A stretch of 64,000 nt of DNA from Alphaproteobacteria bacterium (GCA_041738135.1 JBGSQK010000020.1:18082-82081), one strand, 5' to 3'; shown: positions 1-9,878, numbered from the stretch's first letter. A program made the numbers and translations. Notes: generated by a model from the letters alone, not told the origin.

Positions 1-197
1 CTTTAATACTACTGGATTTGGTCACATCCAGCTGGATAATCTTGGCTCCCTCGCCTTCCAAATCCTTCATTAACTCCACGCGCCTAGCACAGCTATAAAC
101 TGTAAAACCTTGCTTTAAGAACTCCCTAACCGTAGCTCTTCCAATTCCCGAAGAACCGCCAGTTACTATTACTACTTTATTTTTATTATCAGACATG
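1..197 (-). CDS. Short-chain dehydrogenase/reductase (SDR) family oxidoreductase, N-terminal part; the gene continues beyond the window start
   Basis: Reverse-complement translation from the ATG at 197 gives MSDNKNKVVIVTGGSSGIGRATVREF..., the TGxxxGIG Rossmann motif of classical SDRs. The ORF runs off the window edge. Confidence 0.6.
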
Positions 198-325
198 ATG
201 CCCTCACTGTTTTACATACAGTTTACACTATAAGTCTAATCGAACAATAGAGATTGATGTGGGGTGTTAAAGATCGATTTGAAATGAACACGGGGCCTGC
301 CAGCTGAAGCTCGTAGAGCAAAAGC

Positions 326-415
326 TGGCGGAGGGGATGGGATTCGAACCCACGATACAATTTCTTGTATACACACTTTCCAGGCGTGCGCCTTCAACCG
401 CTCGGCCACCCCTCC
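326..415 (-). tRNA. tRNA-Ser (anticodon GGA), long variable arm, CCA encoded
   Basis: The minus-strand sequence GGAGGGGTGGCCGAGCGG...CCTGGAAAGTG...GGGTTCGAATCCCATCCCCTCCGCCA folds as a cloverleaf: 7-bp acceptor stem, GGA in the anticodon loop, a long class-II variable arm and a TTCGAAT T-loop. Confidence 0.9.
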
Positions 416-737
416 ACTTTTGAGATAAGAACCTCAAGCTCATTCAAGTACCAAATCCCGCAGCCTTCCGCAATGATTTTTTTTGACGTTTTCCACAGAA
501 ATGGTATAAAATATACTTGTGGCTAAAAATAAAGTGCTTTCGGGGCTTTAAATTGCTACATCAGCTCGACTTTTTGGTGGGCTTAACAAAACTCCTCAGC
601 TAGTGCGTTAGCTACGTGTGAAAGTCGAGCACCGGAGCGGAGCGTACATTTTAGTACGTGAGCACCGGAGCACAGACTTTCGCGCGTAGATGACGTGCTA
701 GATGAGGAGTTAACATATTGCTTAACTGTGAAAGGAT

Positions 738-1202
738 ATGACCATGACCACATACGATTTATCACCCCTCATCCGGACAACCGTCGGATTTGACCATTTG
801 ATGCGCATGATGGACTCCGCCATGCGAGCAGACAGCGCTTCTGAAACATACCCTCCGTACAACATCGAAAAGCTAGGCGAAGACACTTACCGCATTGTTG
901 TAGCCGTTGCTGGTTTTTCAGAAGACGAGATTACCATTACAGTTCAAGACAATACCCTGGTCATCGCAGGAAAAGCGGCTCGTGATAAAAACAAGGTTGA
1001 ATATCTCTACCGTGGCATTGCCGGACGGGCATTCGAAAAACATTTCCAGCTGGCTGATTTCATCAAGACCGGCACGGCCTTCATGGAAAACGGGTTACTC
1101 AAGATCGAACTGATCCGAGAAATTCCTGAAGCTATGAAGCCTAGAACAATCCAAATTCAAAGCAAAGAAAAGCAGACAAAACTTATCGAACAACAAAAGT
1201 GA
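738..1202 (+). CDS. Small heat-shock protein, Hsp20/alpha-crystallin family (IbpA-like)
   Basis: The 154-aa ORF has an alpha-crystallin domain (PPYNIEKLGEDTYRIVVAVAGFSEDEITITVQDNTLVIAGK...YLYRGIAGRAFEKHFQLAD...NGLLKIEL), typical of bacterial IbpA/HspA. Confidence 0.85.
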   Translation: MTMTTYDLSPLIRTTVGFDHLMRMMDSAMRADSASETYPPYNIEKLGEDTYRIVVAVAGFSEDEITITVQDNTLVIAGKAARDKNKVEYLYRGIAGRAFEKHFQLADFIKTGTAFMENGLLKIELIREIPEAMKPRTIQIQSKEKQTKLIEQQK

Positions 1203-1227
1203 TTTCTGTATCCATTCACCAAAAGTT

Positions 1228-1393
1228 CGTCATCCAGAGCGCGCCTCCGCCCCTTGCGGAGGAAGCGAAGGATCCAGCATATATGTGCGAGCTCTTGCGA
1301 GCTCCGTGTTAAATACAATCGAGTTCGCATTCGCTCACACACTTATGCTGGATCCCACGCAGCAACGCTTCGCTTATGCTGCTCTGGATGACG
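1228..1393. repeat. MITE-like palindromic element, family A (CCGTCATCCAGAGCGCGCC...GGCGCGCTCTGGATGACG), copy 1
   Basis: An imperfect palindrome of about 165 bp with long terminal inverted repeats. Related copies lie at 28906, 36286 and 40036. It sits between the convergent Hsp20 gene and a hypothetical gene. Confidence 0.8.
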
Positions 1394-1414
1394 TGATTTA
1401 ATCAAGTTAAGCTG

Positions 1415-2155
1415 CTACAGCTTCAATTCCGCTGTCAGCTCCTTTCTTGCTGTGAGCAAAACCATTAGTGATTTGCTGAAAAAATCAACCTCACTTGGAA
1501 CGTCGCATGTGAACTGAATTAACCTGATCAAAAGCTGAAAATATGAGGAATATAAACCCATTTTTTCTTCGTCCAGAAAACACTCAGGAGATTCATTCAC
1601 CACACTATACAAGCCAATGGAGTAACCGGAGACACACATGGGCAAAATACTGCCTGACTTTAGTTTTACACCTTTAGCGCCATTTAGCCTTAAGGAAATA
1701 ACACTAAGGTCCGCCCTTGATAGATCATAATTTCTCGATGAAGAGCATAATGCTAGTTCATCAGTCATTAGCAACAGAATTTTCTCACACGAAACCAAGG
1801 CTACTTCATCGGGTAAATATTTACCCATACCCAAATGATTGCCCACACGATCACCTATCTTGACACCAAAATGAGCCAGATCTGCCCGCAGATTTGTCAA
1901 AAAAGGTCGCAACCAATATTCATCTTTCCCGGCATCCGTCCAAAAGAAATAGGTTTGAGCAGGTTTGCTTGGAAGACTAGAAAGTTCAGCCTGCCACTCA
2001 CCCAATAGAACTTGGTATTCACCTATATGTTTATCACTATGTAAGCAGTTTTGTTGTGAAATAAGGGTTTTAAGTTTTAACTCATCAGAAGATGAAAAAC
2101 TTGGTGTGACAGTGAATAATGAGAACAGGAATAATATATATCGCATGCGATTCAT
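1415..2155 (-). CDS. Hypothetical secreted protein (N-terminal signal peptide)
   Basis: The 246-aa ORF has a hydrophobic N-terminus (MNRMRYILFLFSLFTVTPSFSSS). I recognise no conserved motif. Confidence 0.45.
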   Translation of the reverse strand: MNRMRYILFLFSLFTVTPSFSSSDELKLKTLISQQNCLHSDKHIGEYQVLLGEWQAELSSLPSKPAQTYFFWTDAGKDEYWLRPFLTNLRADLAHFGVKIGDRVGNHLGMGKYLPDEVALVSCEKILLLMTDELALCSSSRNYDLSRADLSVISLRLNGAKGVKLKSGSILPMCVSGYSIGLYSVVNESPECFLDEEKMGLYSSYFQLLIRLIQFTCDVPSEVDFFSKSLMVLLTARKELTAELKL

Positions 2156-2462
2156 ACCTATTTTTTCTTAATTCTACAAAGAAAACTTATGACATGATAG
2201 TCGGTTTTTTGATGACAATAAATCTTATCTATCAGAGCATTTCTAAGTGTATGTAAAGAAACAATAATTATGTTTGAAAGCTTGCATCTACCGTGAAAAA
2301 GCCAAGTTTTTGGCCGTTTAATTAAAAACCTTTTTATTACGTCTTTTGAATAATTTGGATATTTTCTGTATTTATGGCGTTGACGTCAGTGTTTTAGTTA
2401 AGTAGACTTAGAATTGTAACAGTTGACTACCTAAAACATCTTATAAAAGAAAGGACACTATC

Positions 2463-2738
2463 GTGAACAAGAATGATCTGATTACTTACGTAGCAAACGA
2501 GACTGGTTTAAAAAAGAGCCAAGCATGTTGTGCAGTTGATTGCTGTTTCGAAGCAATTTCTCGCTCATTGAGCCGTCAAGAAGACGTACGTCTTGTTGGC
2601 TTCGGTACTTTCACAGTTTCTAACCGTAAAGCAACTGAAGGCCGCAACCCACGCACAGGCGAAAAAATCCGCATTCCTGCGACTCGTCTGCCAAAGTTTA
2701 AGGCTGGTAAAGCTTTGAAAGAATGTGTTGCTGCGTAA
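2463..2738 (+). CDS. hup: DNA-binding protein HU (HU/IHF family), GTG start
   Basis: The 91-aa ORF reads ...LITYVANETGL...VRLVGFGTFTVSNRKATEGRNPRTGEKIRIPATRLPKFKAGKALKE, the canonical HU beta-arm (GFGxF, RNPxTGE). An SD-like AAAGGA lies upstream. Confidence 0.85.
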   Translation: MNKNDLITYVANETGLKKSQACCAVDCCFEAISRSLSRQEDVRLVGFGTFTVSNRKATEGRNPRTGEKIRIPATRLPKFKAGKALKECVAA

Positions 2739-2761
2739 AGCATCTTCACTTTAAGATTTAT

Positions 2762-2797
2762 AGAGCCGGTGGAAGTGTTTTCACTGGCTCTTTTTAT
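2762..2797 (+). terminator. Rho-independent terminator after the HU gene
   Basis: AGAGCCGGTG-N10-CACTGGCTCT forms a hairpin with one G-U pair, followed by TTTTTA. Confidence 0.6.
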
Positions 2798-2904
2798 GCG
2801 TCCTCGCCGCTAAAACAAATTTTCCTTATGATTCATACAAAAACATCTTGCACTATGGCGCTCGGATGAGTATGTTAGTCCTCATACTTACCTTAAGGAA
2901 TTTG

Positions 2905-2980
2905 GGGTGATTAGCTCAGCTGGGAGAGCACCTCGTTTACACCGAGGGGGTCGGCGGTTCGATCCCGTCATCACCCACCA
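2905..2980 (+). tRNA. tRNA-Val (anticodon TAC), CCA encoded
   Basis: GGGTGATTAGCTCAGCTGGGAGAGCACCTCGTTTACACCGAGGGGGTCGGCGGTTCGATCCCGTCATCACCCACCA has acceptor stem GGGTGAT/ATCACCC and anticodon loop TTTACAC. Confidence 0.9.
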
Positions 2981-3043
2981 CTTAATTCCTTACTTGACAT
3001 CCCATAGCCCTCGGGTTAAGGATGTACAATCTTATTCCCCATA

Positions 3044-3120
<77 letters not shown>

Positions 3121-3202
3121 TTTTTAGCAAATATTCATAATTTCGTAAGAAATTTACTCCATACTGAAAATAGGACAACATCCTATTTGATCTGGAGGTC
3201 AC

Positions 3203-4138
3203 ATGAGCGTTTTCAAACAACTTATCGTATGTGCAACTCTATTGGCCGCATTGGCGTACCATGCTAACGCTGAACAAGACAAATCTATACCAGCAGTAAA
3301 CGGTAAAATAAGTAGCAAGCACATCAACGCGGTCGGTGCCGTGTTTACTATCGAGAACGCATCGGCTTCTATTGGCACAGGAACTTATATTGGCGACAAC
3401 AGAATCTTAACAGCAGGCCACCTTTTTAAGGCTATACTGCCGAAAAGCGTTCCCCAAAAGACAGGGCCTGTGAGGATTGATATTTCCCATAAGCGCGTTT
3501 TTTGGTCTAACGAAAACATATTAGATTTATCTATCCCGCCGGATGTGCTTTATCGCGCAAAATATTTAACTGTGGATGCCAGCTTTATCAATGCGTTTAA
3601 CTCAAACCTGGTGGACCCGGACAAGGATGATGTGAAAGCAGACATTGCAATATTGACTCTTGAAGCACCAGTAAAAGATCTTACAGGTGTTTCAGTGCCT
3701 GAAGTAAGGTCTGAGCTGCCTAAAGAAGGACTCTTGGTCGGCTACGGAAAGCGAAGCAAACCAAATCATGAAAAACAATCCATGGTTCAAACACTTCACG
3801 GCCTGATGGACATGGGTGACTGGGGCATTATGATGTCCAATCTTGTAGCTGACATTCAAGCCAGCGTTAATGGAGAAACTCCAGAGCCCAAAAAAGAATT
3901 TGAGCTTTTACTTGGAAAAGAGAACTTAGATCATAAGGACATGCAGATCATACGCGCAGCCCAAGGCGACAGCGGTGGCCCATTGCTTGCAGTTGGTAAA
4001 GACGACAAAATACACATTATCGGGATCATGAGCGCAAACTCAAAAGCCTTCAATGCGTTTGCATCGCTTGTGGTTAAAACACCCAGCGGATACTTCCGCA
4101 ATCCTAATTTGGATGCGCTGCTGCGGGCGTCTAGATAG
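3203..4138 (+). CDS. Secreted trypsin-like serine protease (S1 family)
   Basis: The signal peptide is MSVFKQLIVCATLLAALAYHANA. A catalytic triad is recognisable: His (LTAGHLF), Asp (DIAILTL) and Ser (GDSGGPL). Confidence 0.75.
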   Translation: MSVFKQLIVCATLLAALAYHANAEQDKSIPAVNGKISSKHINAVGAVFTIENASASIGTGTYIGDNRILTAGHLFKAILPKSVPQKTGPVRIDISHKRVFWSNENILDLSIPPDVLYRAKYLTVDASFINAFNSNLVDPDKDDVKADIAILTLEAPVKDLTGVSVPEVRSELPKEGLLVGYGKRSKPNHEKQSMVQTLHGLMDMGDWGIMMSNLVADIQASVNGETPEPKKEFELLLGKENLDHKDMQIIRAAQGDSGGPLLAVGKDDKIHIIGIMSANSKAFNAFASLVVKTPSGYFRNPNLDALLRASR

Positions 4139-4141
4139 CCT

Positions 4142-4235
4142 TTAACCTCTCCCCAAGCGGAAGTAGGTTCAGAGCGAAGCGTAGGGGTGAGAGGGCGGCT
4201 GCGATTAAGTTAAGGGCAGTGGGGTAAGGGGTCTT
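4142..4235. repeat. MITE-like palindromic element, family C (TTAACCTCTCCCC...GAGCGAAGCG(G/T)AGGGGTGAG...), degenerate copy
   Basis: It shares TTAACCTCTCCCC...AGAGCGAAGCGTAGGGGTGAGAGGG with copies at 14448, 17121 and 25477. Confidence 0.6.
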
Positions 4236-4451
4236 ACAAGCCGGATGCATTTAATCGGGGAGGCAGAGTGGTGGTGTAGTATTAGCAATTTTTCCAATTG
4301 CCATAAGCCAACTCTCTCTCCAACACCAACAATACCGTTTCTGAGTCACAACGGTTTCAATCAGACAGACCATCTCACCATTTTTTCTTACAAATACTCA
4401 CAGCAATCAGCCGGCCACACCACTCAAAGAATTACCCCATACAAGCCCAAT

Positions 4452-4480
4452 AAAAAAGGGGCCCAACAATGTTGGACCCC
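4452..4480 (-). terminator. Rho-independent terminator ending the liv operon (livK)
   Basis: The minus strand reads GGGGTCCAACATTGTTGGGCCCC followed by TTTTTTA, a GC-rich hairpin plus U-tract immediately after the livK stop. Confidence 0.75.
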
Positions 4481-4507
4481 TTGCTTCTTATAGTAACTAA
4501 ATCAAAC

Positions 4508-5764
4508 TTATTGCAGCTTTATAGGCGCAGGCTTGTTTGCATCGATTTGCTGATATAGTTGGCCATCAAACTGTGCCAAAAATATCTTTTTGTACCAGTT
4601 GTAATCATTTGGCGTTATCTGAGTAATCGAACCGGGCAAACTTAAAGGCAGATCAAACTTAATATTTTGAGCTTGCTTCAAGAAATTCTCCCTGGTTAAA
4701 TTTTCACCACATTTTTGTAAAACTTGTATAGTGGTATTTGCCCAACCCCAAAAGGCTATGAAGAAGACGTCATTGATTTTCTCATTGGGCATATACTTCC
4801 TCATGAAATCCTTGTATTCAATCATTGCTGGATCATTGTCCCAACGAGGATCAGCTGGATCTTTAGCGAAGGTGGTTGAAACAATACCTTTTGCTGCTTC
4901 TAGACCTGTGAAGTCAAAAGTTGCCTCACGGGATGACGAAGAGATATTGATAATATGCAGATCCAACTTCCAACCACTGGACCTAGCCTCTTGTATAGAC
5001 TGAATTTGCTGAGGAATACCCAAGATAGACACCAATACATTTGCGCCTGACTCTTTAAGAGCCAACATTTGCGCAGAAATAGTCGCATCTGTTGGGTAAG
5101 CCATCTGTTGACCCACAAGCATTTTTTCTTTACCTGCCGCTTTTAATTTAGCTTTAAGAGCTCTTAAGTATGGTTGACCACTTTCATCAGTTGAGCCCAT
5201 GTATGCAATTTTAGCGTCAGGATAGTTTTTTAGAATAAAATCCACATACATACCCATTTCGACAGTATTGTCGTTCTGGCCCTGGAATGAGTAAGGATAC
5301 TGGCCAGGATTGTTAAATAGAGGCGACCCTGAGCTAATCATCCATGAAGGAATTTTTTTCTTATTCAAATATGACCGAACCGACAAGGCCTGCGCTGCTC
5401 CGATTTGATGGGCCATCATAAACACTTGTTCTTCTTCAATAAGCTTACGAGTTTGACTCACTGTATAAGAAGTATTAAAGGCGTCATCCAGAGTTATAAG
5501 AGTAATTTTGCGGCCATTGACGCCGCCTTTCTCATTAAAATATTGATAGGTAGCATTCAGCATCTTATTATACTTAACAAAGATGCCACCAAACACAGAA
5601 AGTGGCGCGGTAGAACCTATTTTAATCTCCGTATCCGTCACGCCAGGATCATACTTTTTTCCTGTGCTAGCAGGCGCTGCTGCTTTATCCTGGGCTTGCG
5701 CATCATAGGATGAACCTATCATGCAAACAGCGGCCAAAAGCAGTAATAATTTATTCTTTTTCAT
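4508..5764 (-). CDS. livK: Branched-chain amino acid ABC transporter, periplasmic substrate-binding protein (LivJ/LivK family)
   Basis: The 418-aa ORF has a signal peptide (MKKNKLLLLLAAVCMIGSSYDAQA) and type-I periplasmic binding fold motifs (IKIGSTAPLSV, GVNGRKITLI). It lies next to the livHMGF genes. Confidence 0.8.
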   Translation of the reverse strand: MKKNKLLLLLAAVCMIGSSYDAQAQDKAAAPASTGKKYDPGVTDTEIKIGSTAPLSVFGGIFVKYNKMLNATYQYFNEKGGVNGRKITLITLDDAFNTSYTVSQTRKLIEEEQVFMMAHQIGAAQALSVRSYLNKKKIPSWMISSGSPLFNNPGQYPYSFQGQNDNTVEMGMYVDFILKNYPDAKIAYMGSTDESGQPYLRALKAKLKAAGKEKMLVGQQMAYPTDATISAQMLALKESGANVLVSILGIPQQIQSIQEARSSGWKLDLHIINISSSSREATFDFTGLEAAKGIVSTTFAKDPADPRWDNDPAMIEYKDFMRKYMPNEKINDVFFIAFWGWANTTIQVLQKCGENLTRENFLKQAQNIKFDLPLSLPGSITQITPNDYNWYKKIFLAQFDGQLYQQIDANKPAPIKLQ

Positions 5765-6011
5765 TTTTTTTCACTCTCCTGTTTAGTGGTCTTATGTTCA
5801 GATTATATCTCTGAATTATTAATTTTAGGTTAGATTACTGATCTATTTATCTTTTTGGATAAATATGATTGTAAATTTCCTATTTCATCTACTGACATGA
5901 TATAAACTTATTAATCTAAAGTCTAGCAGCAATAGTTACTCTGATACGTATTTTACAACTTATTTGTGCCTAAGATTCAAATACAAATTAATGTAAAATA
6001 ATATCAGCATG

Positions 6012-7058
6012 TTATTGCGTGCCCCCTGCTTGTACATCCTTTTTCACTCTACTCCTAAACCAGGAATAAACGCCTTTTAAGATTCCATCAAATCCTGCTG
6101 GCGATATGATAATGATGAGTATGATAAGAAAGCCACCTACAAGTGCAGGCGCGGCCGTCGAAAAAAGTATCAACCATTTATTCATGTACACCAGGTAAAT
6201 AGCAGCGTAAATCGGACCCAACCTAGAAGCTATACCACCCACCAAGATCGCCGTAAGCAAGTATATGGATTGATAGAATGAAAATGAGCCAGGAGAAATA
6301 AAGTGAACCACCAGAGGAAGTAAACTACCCCCAACTGTTGCATACATTACGCTAATGGCAAATACTTGGACTTTGTTTTTAGCCACATCGATACCCATGG
6401 TGGAAGCGGCAATAGGGTTATCACGAACGGCAATGGTCGCTTTTCCGAACGTACCTTTAATCAGATTGAAAGCTATATAAAACATAAAAATGGCTATAAG
6501 ACTTGTAATTAAATACAACCATTGGTCATCGTTTAATTGCACCCACTGAAAGGCACCCATGTCATCAAACCCTAAATATCCGGCCCATGCTGGAATGGTT
6601 ACGTATTCAACATTGAGCCCATTCTGACCGCCCGTATATTCTTCCAATGCTATTATGATGCCAGGCACAACTATGGCCAAGGCAAACGTAACCAAAGCTA
6701 AAAAGGGGCCTTCCAACTTAATTCCGGGCCTAGCAATAACGTATCCCACTACCAGTCCAACGAGGGCAGCTGCTGGTATCATTAAACCATAGTACTCACC
6801 AAAATACGGTAAAGAAACGGCTCCAAAATAGGCGCCAAGCGCATAAAAAGCACCGTGACCCAAGGAAATCTGTCCACTGTAACCAGTAACCAAGTTCAAT
6901 CCCATCAAAACAATGGCATAAATAATCACGGCTGAAAATTCAGCTGTTCTGTATGGACTTGCTGCAAACAGAGGGACCAGCACAAATAGTAGACAAGCAA
7001 CAGTAAACAAAGTCGTCTGCCAAGTGTTGCTCGGATTCATGATGTCTTTTTTCAACAT
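6012..7058 (-). CDS. livM: Branched-chain amino acid ABC transporter permease LivM
   Basis: A 348-aa polytopic membrane protein, second permease of the cluster, positioned between livH and livK. Confidence 0.75.
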   Translation of the reverse strand: MLKKDIMNPSNTWQTTLFTVACLLFVLVPLFAASPYRTAEFSAVIIYAIVLMGLNLVTGYSGQISLGHGAFYALGAYFGAVSLPYFGEYYGLMIPAAALVGLVVGYVIARPGIKLEGPFLALVTFALAIVVPGIIIALEEYTGGQNGLNVEYVTIPAWAGYLGFDDMGAFQWVQLNDDQWLYLITSLIAIFMFYIAFNLIKGTFGKATIAVRDNPIAASTMGIDVAKNKVQVFAISVMYATVGGSLLPLVVHFISPGSFSFYQSIYLLTAILVGGIASRLGPIYAAIYLVYMNKWLILFSTAAPALVGGFLIILIIIISPAGFDGILKGVYSWFRSRVKKDVQAGGTQ

Positions 7059-7067
7059 AAGTTCCCC

Positions 7068-7949
7068 CTACATTCGCGATATGGTTTTGCGGGAAAACAA
7101 ACCGCCGGGTTTAAATATCAGCACCACAACAATGACCGAAAAAGTCAGCAGCATTTCTAGACTGCGATCCAGCCAGCCAAAGTAAAAGAACACCATGGTG
7201 TTCATGATGGATATGCTTATAGCGCCAAAGACCGCGCCGAAAGGACTGTATATACCGCCCAATAAACAGCCTGCAAAAGCATAAATTAATATGCCTGACA
7301 TCATGTTGTAGTTAAGAGAAACGATAGGTGCCACCAACATGCCAGCAACCGCTGCTATTACAGCCGCCACACCCCAATTGATCATAAGCATGCGCGAGGA
7401 GTTAATGCCCATGAGGGAACAGGATACTGGATTTTGTGCCAGTGCCCGCAAGGCCAAACCTAGTTTGGTATAGCGGTAGAAATAAGTAAATCCAGCGATG
7501 AGGCCAGAAATTACAACGAGCACAAACAACTGGTTATTAGAAAGATAATCATTATCGAACAAATGATCTGCTTTAGGAAATGGGTATGGAAAATAGTGTA
7601 CGCCGCCACCATAAAGGATTCCTGAAAGGCCATTAATACCCAAGAAAAGACCAATTAACACGAGAAGCTGACTGGAGGCGCCCGCATGCTCAACTGGCTT
7701 ATAAAAGAGTCTGTGCAGCAACAGGCCCCAACAAAATGCAAAGACCAGGGTCATAGGTACCGCAAGTAATGCAGGTACGCCGCTCACGATTAAAAATGAA
7801 CCGAACAATGTGGAAAATGTAGCCGATTCACCTTGCGAGAAATTGGGCAGCCTCATGGTTTGCATGAGAATCACAATAGACAACGACAGGCTGGCGTATA
7901 TGGCGCCATTGGTAAGACCAAGAAAGAAGAATTCTAAGAACCTATGCAT
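7068..7949 (-). CDS. livH: Branched-chain amino acid ABC transporter permease LivH
   Basis: A 293-aa polytopic membrane protein following livF on the same strand with a 13-bp gap. Confidence 0.75.
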   Translation of the reverse strand: MHRFLEFFFLGLTNGAIYASLSLSIVILMQTMRLPNFSQGESATFSTLFGSFLIVSGVPALLAVPMTLVFAFCWGLLLHRLFYKPVEHAGASSQLLVLIGLFLGINGLSGILYGGGVHYFPYPFPKADHLFDNDYLSNNQLFVLVVISGLIAGFTYFYRYTKLGLALRALAQNPVSCSLMGINSSRMLMINWGVAAVIAAVAGMLVAPIVSLNYNMMSGILIYAFAGCLLGGIYSPFGAVFGAISISIMNTMVFFYFGWLDRSLEMLLTFSVIVVVLIFKPGGLFSRKTISRM

Positions 7950-7962
7950 GCGATAACCTCTC

Positions 7963-8685
7963 TCATGTAATACCTAAATAGGCTTTTTGGATGGATTTAT
8001 CGTTTTTAAATACATCCGGCGTTCCAGATAAAACAACTCTGCCTGTTTCAATCAGATAAACATAATCAGCAATGCCTAAGGCCAAAGAAACGTTTTGTTC
8101 GATCAGTAGAACACTTATTTTTGCCTCATCGCATATTCTACGAACCGAGGAAAATATGGCTTTGATCAACAACGGCGCCAGACCCAATGACGGCTCATCC
8201 ATCAACAACAGTTTGGGTTTTTGCATTATGGTGCGGGCTATGGCAAGCATTTGTTGCTCACCGCCGGATAGGGTGCCGGCCTGTTGATAAAGCCGCTCTT
8301 TCAGAATGGGGAAATAGGTATACACCAAGTCTAGGTCGTCCTTAATAGCTACTTTGTCTTTCCTCAGGTACGAGCCCATTAAGAGGTTCTCAGCAACTGA
8401 AAGCTCCTGGAACGTCCCCCTCATTTCGGGTACATAAGCGACACCACTTCTGATGATGTCGTGGGTTTCCATTTTTGATATGTCTTGGCCTTGGAAAATG
8501 ACCTGGCCTTTTTTTTCATAGAGACCAATAATTCCATTTAATATGGATGTTTTACCTGCACCATTGGCGCCCAGTATGCTGCATACCTGGCCTTCTTCCA
8601 CCTTAAAGTTCACGTCAAATACCACTTGGTTGTAAGCAAAGAATACATCTAAATGGCGGGCTTCAAAAAATGTCATATCAATCAC
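7963..8685 (-). CDS. livF: Branched-chain amino acid ABC transporter ATP-binding protein LivF
   Basis: It has Walker A (GANGAGKTS), the ABC signature (LSGGEQQ) and Walker B (LLLMDEPSLGLAP). It overlaps livG by 8 bp. Confidence 0.85.
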   Translation of the reverse strand: MIDMTFFEARHLDVFFAYNQVVFDVNFKVEEGQVCSILGANGAGKTSILNGIIGLYEKKGQVIFQGQDISKMETHDIIRSGVAYVPEMRGTFQELSVAENLLMGSYLRKDKVAIKDDLDLVYTYFPILKERLYQQAGTLSGGEQQMLAIARTIMQKPKLLLMDEPSLGLAPLLIKAIFSSVRRICDEAKISVLLIEQNVSLALGIADYVYLIETGRVVLSGTPDVFKNDKSIQKAYLGIT

Positions 8686-9475
8686 TGGCTCCCAAATAAA
8701 CTTTGATCACTTCAGGATGTTCTTGCACATGCTTTGCTGTACCATGCGCTATGAGCTGACCCGAATTCAGAGCAATCACATAATCAGAAACTTCCATGAG
8801 TAATTTCATGTGGTGTTCAATGAGTAATATGGAGATCTTGTATCTGTCCCTTAGGTCCAAGATCATTTCCTTCAATCCTTCAATATCCCCATGACTTAAA
8901 CCACCAGCGGGCTCGTCTAAGAGCAACAGTCTAGGGCGGCACATCAATGCGCGCGCCATATCCATACGTTTAATGGTGACAAACTGCAGTGATTTAATGG
9001 GTGAATGCGCAATATCAGCCAGGCCAAAATCATCCAGTATTTCCATAGCACGCTCACGAAGCAGTTTGTTATCCGCGCGCGCGCTGGGCAGAGATAAAGC
9101 ATTGGCAATAGTTCCGGCCTTCGCTAGCGAGTGCCCACCCACCATAACATTCTCCAATACGGTCATGGAATGGTATGGAGCCAAATGCTGAAACGTGCGA
9201 CTAATTCCCAAACCCACAATCTTGTGTGGTGGATGTTGTAAAATGTTTTGACCTTTAAATAATATTTCACCTTCTGCAGGCTCCACCAGACGACTAAAAC
9301 AATTGAATAAAGTCGTTTTACCTGATCCGTTAGGACCAATGAGCCCTAAGATCTGTTCCTCATGCATTGCGAAGCTTACATTATTCAAAGCAACAATGCC
9401 CGAAAAACGAACAACTAAGTTGTTAATTGTTAAAAGGTTATTTGCTACATCGTCCATATGATCTGTTCTTTGCAT
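8678..9475 (-). CDS. livG: Branched-chain amino acid ABC transporter ATP-binding protein LivG
   Basis: It has Walker A (GPNGSGKTT) and the LivG-type N-terminus LTINNLVVRFSGIVALNNVSF. The true start may be the internal Met (MDDVANN). Confidence 0.85.
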   Translation of the reverse strand: MQRTDHMDDVANNLLTINNLVVRFSGIVALNNVSFAMHEEQILGLIGPNGSGKTTLFNCFSRLVEPAEGEILFKGQNILQHPPHKIVGLGISRTFQHLAPYHSMTVLENVMVGGHSLAKAGTIANALSLPSARADNKLLRERAMEILDDFGLADIAHSPIKSLQFVTIKRMDMARALMCRPRLLLLDEPAGGLSHGDIEGLKEMILDLRDRYKISILLIEHHMKLLMEVSDYVIALNSGQLIAHGTAKHVQEHPEVIKVYLGASD

Positions 9476-9507
9476 ACATGTTTCATTTCATTGTACCATA
9501 AAGAAGA

Positions 9508-9523
9508 ACGGTATTAATACCGT
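9508..9523. promoter_or_regulatory. Perfect 16-bp palindrome ACGGTATTAATACCGT in the liv operon promoter region (candidate operator)
   Basis: A perfect dyad 33-48 bp upstream of the livG start codon on the transcribed strand. Confidence 0.4.
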
Positions 9524-9655
9524 CCATGTTTAAATATATTACACATTGATTAATTTATAGTTAATTATTTGATGTAATACGCGAATTTTTTGCGATTTTC
9601 CAGACCCCAATATACGTCATGGAGAGTTGTTGTAGTGGAAACAAAATGACAAAAC

Positions 9656-9774
9656 CCCCGTCATTGCGAGCCCTCTTGGGGCGTGGCAATCTACTGAGGT
9701 TTGTCCGCTCGCTAAAGGTTGCTAAAACGAAAAAAGTAGATTGCCACGCCCCAAGAGGGGCTCGCAATGACGGG
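9656..9774. repeat. MITE-like palindromic element, family B (CCCCGTCATTGCGAGCCCCTCTTGGGGCGTGGCAATCTAC...GTAGATTGCCACGCCCCAAGAGGGGCTCGCAATGACGGG), copy 1
   Basis: About 119 bp with roughly 40-bp terminal inverted repeats. Copies lie at 9879, 10365 and 38797. Confidence 0.85.
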
Positions 9775-9878
9775 TGTGGGGTCGTCTTTATTAAAATTTA
9801 CCGCATTTTAGGTGTCGAGTTGCTTCTGTTGCTTCTAATGACGAAGGATTGTTTTAGGGTCACCAAAATGCCCAACCT

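Noticed and set aside
540-737. CIRCE (HrcA operator) or canonical sigma-32 promoter upstream of hsp20
   Set aside because: No TTAGCACTC-N9-GAGTGCTAA and no CTTGAAA-N13-15-CCCCATNT match was found. Only the weaker ROSE-like idea is retained as a finding.
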